DNA of 31,380 nt from Octopus sinensis. Taxonomy: Eukaryota. Below the pieces are notes generated by a model. That model saw only the letters and a list, made by a program, of their open reading frames with translations. It was not told the origin of the DNA and searched no databases. The translations under genes and the position numbers were made by a program. Of this stretch, positions 22,014-31,380 are shown one piece after another (the stretch's first letter is position 1; every line of letters begins with the position of its first letter). The stretch is from positions 1 to 31,380 of the forward strand of contig NW_021832301.1 of the NCBI RefSeq assembly GCF_006345805.1. Direction: 5' to 3'.

Positions 22014-22077
22014 TTTGTAAATAACAGTAGAGAATTTGATGTGTTTTTCAGTACAGGTTTATCTATTTCCAAGTTTA

Positions 22078-22441
22078 GGATCTTTTCTTTTTGAAAGCCA
22101 GATTTTCCTAGTCAACTAAACAATTTGAAACTTCGTATACTGGTAGAATGTGTCTAAAGAAAACATAATTGTTAACCAAAATGAAAACGGAATTGTAATT
22201 TCTAAGTTTAACGTTGTTTAAAAATTCGAATTTTAACCAATGATATTCTTTCTTTCGGCCTCATATTATTTACCGCTTCTCAAAATATTGTTACTGTGAC
22301 GTAAACAGCTATTTTGTGACGTAGTTAACGTAAACAGCTAACTAAAATGTAAACATCTCCGCTTATCATAAACTTCGTGGAGTATATATAAAATTTGTGT
22401 AGATCCTAAATAGCTACACACACATGTATACAAACATATGC

Positions 22442-22475
<34 letters not shown>

Positions 22476-22677
22476 CTATACACACATATTCTAATGCATA
22501 TGCATATATGTGTATATATTTATAATGTGTGTGTATTATAGATGCATACATTATATATATATATATATATAAAAGATGTTTACATACAATATATATATAT
22601 GTTATATACATCTACATGTATATGTATGTATGAATATATAAGTACCACAGAATTTGAATCAAACTGTTTTGATCCAT

Positions 22678-22741
<64 letters not shown>

Positions 22742-23198
22742 AACACTACCATCCATGAGACATCCTAACATTATCAATGCTACTACTACTATCATCATCA
22801 TTATCATCATCATCCACTGCCGCCACCACCACCACCACCTTTACAAAAACACCAACACTATAATTGCTGCCATCATACACATCCACTGTCACCACTACCA
22901 CCACTGCCATGATAACCACATCTACCACAGCTGTTTGCTTACTGCTTACCCACTCACAAAATAGCTATCTACGTCACATTAACACTATGCAGCTAATAAT
23001 TTCAAATGAAAACAGACAATATGATTGGTTAAAATTCGCAGATTTAAACTACGTTTAAACTTATAAAATATATTTTTGTCAAAAAAACTAGTTGAAATTA
23101 TTGTTTTCTTTTCACACATTCTACCAGTATACGAAGTTTCAAATTATTTAGTTAACTAGAAAAATCTGAAAAATCTGGCTTTCCAAAAGAAAAGATCC
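22078..23198. mobile_element. Non-autonomous DNA transposon with long (~240 bp) imperfect TIRs (foldback/MULE-like), filled with microsatellites
   Basis: ggatcttttc...gaaacttcgtatactggtagaatgtgt against acacattctaccagtatacgaagtttc...gaaaagatcc. Inner blocks (gaattttaaccaat; gtgacgtaaacagctattttgtga) are also inverted at ~22954-23050. No TSD found. Confidence 0.78.
22680..22740. repeat. (CA)n microsatellite followed by (CAT/CAC)n low-complexity sequence
   Basis: Directly visible. Confidence 0.95.
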
Positions 23199-23318
23199 GG
23201 GTTTGGGTTTTAAGGTTAGGGTCTTAGGGTTGGGGTTTTAGAGCTAGGTTTTATGGTTAGGGTTTTAGAGTTAGGGTTTGGTTTTGGGTTTTAGGGTTGG
23301 GATTTAGGATTAGAGTTA
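23199..23318 (+). repeat. Degenerate telomere-like (TTAGGG/TTTTAGGG) tract
   Basis: ggttagggtcttagggttggggttttagag...ggttagggttttagagttagggtttgg; a shorter tract lies at 25124-25146. Confidence 0.7.
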
Positions 23319-23770
23319 CGAGAAGAAACTGGAGGTGGAGGGGTAGGGGGAAAAATTTTTTTTCCGAAAATAGTTGCTGAAATCAAGAAATTGCTGAAGA
23401 AAGACTTTCACTTTTTCATGAGCGGCTATCGAAAACGCTGGGGTTTCAATATGACAAAAGAAAATACAAAAATGGTGGGCTTTTATGCACATATGTACTA
23501 ATGGATATCATATATATGTACAAAATGAAACTTGAGATTTCGAAAGAAATTGTGATGTGTGCCACTATTTTCCTTTTCACATCAAATTCCAATATAATCT
23601 GAATGTATACATTCTGAAAAGTATTTGTAGCAAATTTCATTAAAAAATACCCAAGTTATGAGGAAACAAAGTCAACTCATGTGAATTTCCCGAAACCTCT
23701 CTTCTTAACCACAGAATTTTTTAAAATATTAAATTCCTACATAAGCGGAATATACACCATCTAAAACATA

Positions 23771-24283
23771 CCGTAAATCCTCAAGTATAATCCGCATTAT
23801 TTTCCCAAAATTTAAAGGTCAAAATCCCTAGTGCGTACTATATATGCGGTTAAAAATGGAAATTATTTTCTAAGCAATGTCCAAGTCTCTATTTGCTGTC
23901 AGGCAATGTTTATTCAGAGGTATTTTGTGATGTCGGGCTCGAAAATACCTTAAGCTAAGCCTGAAAGCAATGAAGTCATAAAAGAATCATCCATAACTTG
24001 CAATAAGCAACATTTATTAAACGTTATTACTGTTATTTCTTTATTTTCTGCAAACAAAATGCACAAAAAAAGCTACACGTTTGCATTATGTTATATATAC
24101 AATGATAATAAAGGACGTTACTGTATACATTTTTAGAAACCAAGGACGTTATATAGACCTCCTTGACTGAATATAGAGAAGGGGTGCGTATTATACACAA
24201 GGTTTAGGTTTTCCAGAGGTACAGCCCCCTAAAAATCCCCTGCGTATTATACTCAAGGGCAGACTATACTCGAGGATTAACGG
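23771..24283. mobile_element. pogo/Tc2-type Tc1-mariner MITE (513 bp) with TA TSD
   Basis: TA|ccgtaaatcctcaagtataatccgc ... gcagactatactcgaggattaacgg|TA; 25-bp TIRs with 4 mismatches. Confidence 0.85.
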
Positions 24284-24768
24284 TATTTTTTTGAAAATTT
24301 CATTAAAAAATTTACATTTTTCTGGAAGTTGTGAGGCAACAAAGTCGGTCGGGTAGGGGCACACATGTATAGGTAAGCCGACATTTGCATTATTTTACAA
24401 TAATCATTTCAAATCCTGCTCGGCTGGTTTTTGTCTTATCTTTCAGGGCCCAATAGAATGAGTTAATCGTAATGAAACAGAGTTGTACACACCCCTATAC
24501 CTATCCATTCAAATGCTGACGTCAGTAAAGTTGGTCAAGGAAAACTGGTCTTTTTACTTTTATTGGAATTAATATCGTATTTATTTAAGATGCCAAAGGA
24601 GTTCTGTGTTTTCGTTTTTATGAAGACGCTTCATGAATAATCTAATCTTCTCACTCCTTCGGTCATTGTTTTTTTAAAGATAAAAATAGTATGATGACTT
24701 ATAAAATATTTAGAGGATTATTAGGTTTTACAGGCCAGATGTTAAAAAAATATTGGAGTGGCTGATTC

Positions 24769-25085
24769 CGGGTTCAGTCCCACTGCATGGCACCTTGGGC
24801 AAGTGTCTTCTACTATAACCTCGGGCCAACCAAAGCCTTGTGAGTGGATTTGGTAGACGGAAACTGAAAGAAGCCCGTCATATATATATATATGTATGTG
24901 TGTGTGTTTGTGTGTCTGTTTGTCCCCCTAGCATTGCTTGACAACCGATACTGGTGTATTTTTGTCCCCGTTACTTAGCGGTTCGGCAAAAGGACCGATA
25001 GAATAAGTACTGGGCTTACAAAAAGAATAAGTCCCGGGGTCTAGTTGCTCGATTAAAGGCGATGCTCCAGCATGGCCGCGGTCAA
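24769..25085 (+). mobile_element. SINE family 1, near full length
   Basis: Aligns along its length with 5848-6155. Confidence 0.88.
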
Positions 25086-25585
25086 GAGTAACATTAAAAG
25101 TAAAATATGTTTTATATGACACATTAGGTTTTAGGGTTAGGGTTAGTGTCCGAAGGTTGAAAGTGTTTAGTTACAAAAAATTTATTTCTCGATCTGCTGT
25201 TCAAAGGGTAAAGATCCCTTATATTATCTATTTAAACCCTTTACAACCTAGAAGGGTTATGGATCAAGAGGAAAATACATCAATCAAATGTTGGCAAGGC
25301 CATCGGTCGAATAAAACAACATTGTTCCTCATGGTTGCTAGGGGCCATCTTCCTCACTCACGCTATTTCCTCCTTTCCCTCTCTTACTCCCCTTCACTTA
25401 TAACTTTGAGAGTTCCACTACCGTTATTTAAAGTATCTGTCACTCTCGCTATTTCCTCTCTTTTTCACTGACTCTGTTTCATAGCTTCCCATCACTTCGG
25501 CGGCGTTCTTTTAAGTATCTGTCTGTCACCAACAAACAACATGAGAACAAATATTATGAATCAGATATTCTTGCGTTCATTTATA

Positions 25586-25712
25586 TGTGTGTGTGTTCTA
25601 TATATAAATATGTATATATAATGTATGTGTGTGTGTGTTCTATATATAAATATGTATATATAATGTATGTGTGTGTGTTCTATATATAAATATGTATATA
25701 TAATGTATATAT
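25586..25712. repeat. Three-copy ~40-42-bp minisatellite built from TG/TA microsatellite
   Basis: gtgtgtgttctatatataaatatgtatatataatgtat repeated three times. Confidence 0.85.
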
Positions 25713-25997
25713 ACAAAGTGTATATATCTGTATTTATGTATATTAAACTATTTCATACTTTTTCATAGTTATATATATTTTTAAACAAATTATAAATATA
25801 ATTTAATAATTTTTATTTTCAATTTAAATTTTTCAATTTTATATTTATATATTTTCTATATTGTATTTTTTTTTAATGTTTTTGTTTTTGGTTTTTCACT
25901 GTTTGATTTGCCTATTAGTGGTCTTATCTCTAATTTAATTTATGCAGATATATATCTCATTTGTATATATAATGCGTGCACACACACACACATACAG

Positions 25998-26078
<81 letters not shown>

Positions 26079-26316
26079 ATGTGTACATTACGTAGTCGGT
26101 CGATTCAGCTGAAAATATGCACACCTATGTCAAAAGTGCTGGCAAGTTTGCATGACAACTATTTTTTTCCTCAAATGAAAGGTGTCACCTCTAGGACAAA
26201 ATTCCTCATCTTATAAAATGTAGCCCCAGTAGACCCGAATGAAATCGGGTTATATTAACCAAAATGTGAAAAGGGGTCTAAATGGGGCTGGAAGGGGATT
26301 AAAATTTAAAGGAGCG

Positions 26317-26610
26317 GGTGTTTAGGAATTCTCTGTTACATCAAGCTAAAAAATTTGCGCCAGCCTTTTAATCGTCAATGTGTTGCCGCCCATGATAAAG
26401 AACTTTTGAATGCTTGCCATGGTGAGTCTACTGTCGTGAGAAAGAATCACTTCAAAACTTGGTGTTTACGAATTTTCTTTTACATCAAGTTCAAAATTTT
26501 ACGCCAGCCGTTAAACTGTCACTACGTTGCTGTCCGTCGTTAACAAGTGCCAGCCATGGTGACTCTACTATCCTCAGATTCTATCCCTTCAAACTTTGGT
26601 TTCCAATATT
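26317..26610. repeat. Diverged two-copy tandem repeat, period 144 bp
   Basis: ggtgttta.gaatt at 26317 and 26461; ttacatcaag at 26336 and 26480; gccatggtga.tctact in both units. Confidence 0.75.
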
Positions 26611-26890
26611 TTATTATTTTTCTTCAGCTCGCAAGTTCGTCTGTCCCTTTTAAATGTTAGCATTTTGCTGTCTGCCTTGAAGCAGACCTTTCCATTGCCA
26701 CTGCCTGATATTTATGATTGATCTTTCTAAATATTTTATTTCTCAACTTACTCAAGATCTTCTGTTGTTTATAAATGGGAGAGAGATAGATAAAGATAGA
26801 GAGTAAGAGAAAGCGAGGGAGAGTCCGAGAGAAAAGAAAAGTAAGAGAGTGGGAAAGTGAGAGAGACAGGAGAGAGAAACAAATACGGAG

Positions 26891-27075
26891 AATCATCATC
26901 AGCAGCATCGTTTAACGTCCGTTTTCCGTGCTAGCACGGGTTCGACAGTGAGATCCGGGGTCTGGGAAGCCAGGATGCTGCACCAAGCTCCAGTCTGATC
27001 TGGCAGTGTTTATACAGGTGGATGACCTTCCTAACGCCAACCACTCTGTGAGTGTAGTGGGTGCTTTTTTCGTGC
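26891..27075 (-). mobile_element. SINE family 3, reverse copy
   Basis: catcgtttaacgtccgttttccgtgctagcacgggttcgac...ggatgaccttcctaacgccaaccactc. Confidence 0.78.
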
Positions 27076-27235
27076 CGTGAGAATGTGTGTTTCCTTAAAA
27101 CTTGAGAACTACACAACCGATTTCATTCAAATTTTACACATGCCTTACTTAGGGTATAAGGAGTGTGTTGAGCTCGCTCTGGGCGCCATTGGGCTCACTG
27201 TCCACGGCTACGAGACCACAGTGAGCGCTATGGCG

Positions 27236-29130
27236 AGAGACCACGGTAGCTGAGGCTGCAATCGAGGGTGTCAAGATCTTGCCAGTCATGTGTGAACTTG
27301 ACAGTCTGCCATCTATAGCAGAGCTCACCAAATCTATTGACTCCCTAGTAAGTAACAAGGCTCCGGGAAAAGACGGCATCCCCTTAGAGATCATCAAAAC
27401 CGGCAAAAACATCATCCTGCTTCGGCACATTCATGAGCTTCTGTGTCAGTGCTGGTTAGAGGGTACAGTCCCTCAGAATATGCGGGATGCTAACATCATT
27501 ACGCTTTACAAAAATAAAAGTGACCGTGATGATTGTAACAATTACCGTGGAATATCTCTTCTAAGCACAGTTGGAAAGGCCTCTGCTCGCATTATCGTGT
27601 CCAGGCTGCAACTAATTGCTTCTCGAATTTATCCAGAATCGCGGTGTGGCTTTAGAAGAAGCAGATCAACTATTGACATGATATTCTCCATACGCCAACT
27701 TCAGACGTCCAGAGAGCAGAACATGCCATTATATATGGCCTTCATTGATCTAACAAAGGGCTTTGACTTGGTAAGTAGAAAAGGCCTCTTCATCCTGCTC
27801 CAAAAAATCGGATGTCCACCAAAGCTGCTGAGGATCATCAAATCATTCCATGCTAATATGCAAGGCACCATACAGCACAATGGTTCAACATCAGCCGCCT
27901 TCTAAATAAAAAATGGGGTAGAGCAAGGTTGTGTCCTTGCTCCTACATTATTTGGCATCTTATTCTCGCTGCTGCTATCACATGCCTTTGAGACATCAGA
28001 TGATGGAGTGTTTCTGCACAGTAGAAGTGATGGGAAACTGTTCAATCTCTCGCGTCTGCGTGCCAAGACCAAAATCTCAGAAGCGTCCTGATCAAGAAGA
28101 TGCTATTTGCTGATGATGCCGCTCTGGTATCACACACAGAAGAAGCCCTACGAAGGCTCAGCAACTGTTTTGAGCAAGCATTTGGCAACTTTGGCTTAGT
28201 TATCAGCCTCAAGAAGACCAACATCATGGGTCAGGCTACATCGGACATCCAAACATACATATTGGAGACCACAGAGTATAGGAGGTGGAGAAGTTTACCT
28301 ATCTTGGCTCTACCGTCACCTACAACCTATCCCTTGATGCTGAGCTCAATATACGCATTGGCAAGGCAGCTGCTGTGATGGCCCAACTCACCAAACGAGC
28401 ATGGGACAACAATAAGCTGACCAAGACCACAAAAATGAAGATTTACCAGGCATGTGTACTTAGCACTCTACTGTATGACTTTGACGCCATACACACGCCA
28501 TACGACGCCATACGACGCCATACGTCGCCTAAATATCTTTCACCTGCGCTGTCTCCGGAAAATCCATCGCATCAAATGGCAGAATCATGTCCCTAACAAA
28601 GATGTCCTCAAGCAAGCAGGAATACCAAGCATGTTTGCACTCTTCACACAAAGATGTATGAGATGGCTTGGACATGTTAGCCGTATGGAAGATGGCAGAA
28701 TCCCCAAGGACATACTCAACGGAGAGCTTGCTAGGGGCACTAGGTCTGTGGGAAGACTGTTCTTACGATACAAGGATGTTTGTAAAAGGGACATGAATGC
28801 CTGCAACATCAATATTACCAACTGGGAAGCAGTTGCCAGCAACCGTGGAGATTGGCGACATACCGTAAAAGAGGGAACACAAAGGAGTGACATAGTGAGA
28901 AAGGAGAAATGGAAAGACAAGAAAAGACGTCAACAAGAAACTATGACATTACAACCAGTCAGGCAAAGTCTTTGCTACATTTACAGCACCTTCCAGAGGG
29001 AGTGTTTGTCCCGGATAGGACTACACAGCCACAGCAAGAGATGTATTAGGACATGAAATGTAAAAGCCGGACTAGATTATTTTATGCGCAACTCCATTGT
29101 CTCCCGAGACAAAAAGGATGCCAACAACAA
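27236..29130 (+). mobile_element. RTE-clade (BovB/RTE-1-like) LINE, 5'-truncated, RT pseudogene with 3' UTR and (CAA)n tail
   Basis: KAPGKDGIP, NYRGISLLSTVGK, PESRCGFRRSRSTIDMIF, FIDLTKGFDLVSR, a stop at 27903, GVEQGCVLAPTLF, LFADD, FTYLGS, RWLGHVSRMEDGRIPK, and a C-terminal C.SRIGLHSH...C. Ends gtctcccgagacaaaaaggatgccaacaacaa. Confidence 0.92.
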
Positions 29131-29424
29131 TATATATGGATTTCGTAGACAGGAACTGTAACAAATAAATCGTATATATATGTATGTATATATGTAAGTG
29201 TATGTGTGTGTCTTTGTCTCTGTGTTTCGCCCTCATCACTGCTTCACAACTGCTGTTCACTTATTTACATCCACATAACTTACTGGTTTCACAAGAACTA
29301 ATAGAGTAAGTATTAGGCTTATCAACATAAAAAAGCACTAGGCTGTGTCTCATATTTTTGTTTGCTCACTCAGTTGTATCTATCAATTTATCTTTGTATG
29401 TGTGCATGTGTGTGTGTGTATCTA

Positions 29425-30759
29425 TCTATATATATATATATAAAATACCCTAATGGGAGCCTTAAATCCCAAATTTTAGTAATTTCTTTTATGATCCAAA
29501 ACTTGGTCAAAAGTACTGAATGGATCTTTATGAACTTTGGAAATTATATTCTATGCATAAGTGCCATAACGCCCATGACAATTCATATATTTTTGCTGTT
29601 GATGAAATTTTAACCATAGACATTAGACACAAATGAAGTAATATCTATAAAATTTCATCTTACAAAGTTAGAAAGACCCCTCCATGGGGACTTAACATCT
29701 ACAATTTTGTCATTTTATCTAAGCAAAAATGAATACAGTTGTGCTCTTGGAAGCTGTAGGGTTACCCGAGCATAAAAGATGAGCATTATTTGTAATTCAA
29801 TGGTACAACAGTGTAACAGTTTGCTTTGACATACACTTACATTGTGATTTCTGCAATGTGCTGCATAAATTGTCAAGTAAATGAGAGGCATCTTTGCCTC
29901 CACTGATTCAGTTGCAAAGGGAAGAGTAAAATTTATTTGATTGCAGACCTCCTTTCAGTCTTTTTATTATCACTCGGTCACACATAGTCCCCAGATGGTA
30001 ACATTGATTTCAAGGCCTTCCCAGATGAGTGACTGGTTATTCGAAGACATTTATAGATTTTAAATTTATTCTGTCCAGTTACGTATCAGTATAGTGGTCA
30101 TTTGCAAACTACAGAGGTGACACTTTCATTTCTCCTTAGCTCTCACGTCAAACAGTTGTTAATGTTGATTTCAGTTGGGTCACGCCCTTCCAATTGCTAT
30201 AGATTCGTAATGCATCTTACGGCTGTGCCTGTCATCTGGATGGTGAGGAATCCTACATTAGGAGTGGTAACGACTAGGGTAGGGTAACTGACTGCTTATT
30301 GTGATCATTCGTCTTTTGGTTTCCTGTAGCTTTGCTCTCTTTTACAAACCCAGTGAACATATATTTCCTATTTCAAAGAAATTCAAACAATAGATATAAG
30401 ACCCAAGTTAAAAAGATTTTCAACAATTCAACTTCTCTGGTTGACATTAAGATGCCCACCCCCAACAGGGGCCTTAACTCTCACATTTTAGAGCTCCATG
30501 ACCTTCATTTTTCAGGAACAAAATCTATTTAACAAGTTAAATAAGACTGGAATTTTGGAATATGCGCATAAAAATCAGGATTATGGGATACATGTGGCAC
30601 GATTACAATTTTTTAGGGAGTGTAAAGATTAAAATAACCCTCATCTGCAATTTTGATGAAATTCGAAACATAGATATTCCAGTTCATCACAGAAGATATA
30701 ACAGAAAAGTCTAATTCTCCAATTGAATGTAATCGGGCAACGCCGGGTATCTCTGCTAG
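29425..30759 (+). mobile_element. Probable longer non-autonomous Helitron (~1.3 kb); 5' boundary uncertain
   Basis: 3' end cgggcaacgccgggtatctctgCTAG|T at 30734-30760 shares the hairpin and terminus of the 19266 family; candidate 5' end a|tctatatatata...taaaa near 29425. Confidence 0.55.
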
Positions 30760-30836
30760 TTATATATAAATATAAATAAGTAAAAGATATGCAATAAATA
30801 TAAATATGTATATAAAAGTAAAAATGTACATATATA

Positions 30837-31212
30837 TCTATGATATATTGTGTGTGTGTCTCCTACGATTTAGATTCCTAACTACTCCCACATTTTGCGA
30901 TGCAGTTTAACCAAAAGCGGGTATCTTATAGTCGTGATTCATATCGAGCCCTTCTGGGTATTAGCACGCGTCTACGATGAGTCTACGATTTAAAAAAAAA
31001 TTTACCATCATTTTTTTCCATTTTAATGCATTTTTTTGGCTATTATATAAGGGAAGTAACTCTCTAAAAATGTCTACGATGAGTCAACGATTTAAAAAAA
31101 AATTACCATCATTTTTTTTCCGTTTTAATGCATTTTTTTGCTATAACTCTCTAAAAATGCTTATATAGTTATTTCCCTTACAAACACGAGCAACGCCGGG
31201 CGATACTGCTAG
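30837..31212 (+). mobile_element. Non-autonomous Helitron, same family as 19266-19659, with an internal duplication
   Basis: ctcctacgatttagattcctaactactcccacattttgcg... shared with the first copy; ends gagcaacgccgggcgatactgCTAG|T; the block gtctacgatgagtc.acgatttaaaaaaaaa occurs at ~30970 and ~31072. Confidence 0.85.
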
Positions 31213-31380
31213 TTATATCTAATCTATCTCTCTAAAAGATGCAAACCAAGCAGCATTAAATGGAGAATGGATGTGAGCAGAAAGAGAGTAAGTTCCATTC
31301 CAGTTTACAACAATTATAGAATTATTCTCAAACCATAAATGAAGGGTGGAGAGGAATGAAGGAGGAGTCATGTTTCCTCT

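Noticed and set aside
23199-23318. True telomere or chromosome-fusion site
   Set aside because: Short, heavily degenerate, one orientation only, with no head-to-head CCCTAA tract.
29715-29903. hAT transposase fragment (AAHCRNHNV resembles the HC..H motif)
   Set aside because: A single weak motif with no supporting neighbouring motifs; it needs BLASTX before any call.

Overview
AT-rich, microsatellite- and SINE-dense eukaryotic DNA. The repeat families look like those of a coleoid cephalopod (probably Octopus); this is inferred from pattern, not verified. The first 8 kb holds the last five coding exons of a + strand TPR-repeat protein O-mannosyltransferase gene most similar to TMTC2 (3180-3503, 4689-4770, 5217-5331, 6702-6765, 7865-8047). 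All four internal introns are GT-AG and splice in frame to a TGA. The remaining ~23 kb has no recognisable host gene and consists of stacked mobile elements: a decayed piggyBac (~12.2-14.2 kb, -); a 1.35-kb phased A4T4 tandem array; an L1/Tx1-type LINE (-) whose 5' end abuts (GATA)20 and whose RT is cut off by the array; three non-autonomous Helitrons; a Gypsy-type LTR element with two 279-bp LTRs and a perfect 5-bp TSD that carries only an open integrase frame; a long-TIR foldback element followed by degenerate TTAGGG repeats; Tc1/pogo MITEs; and a 5'-truncated RTE LINE. Most ORF-track entries are spurious. The most unusual items are the integrase-only LTR element joined exactly at the LTR CA end, the Tx1/GATA/satellite composite, and possible dsRNA/A-to-I editing features around the TMTC2 exons.
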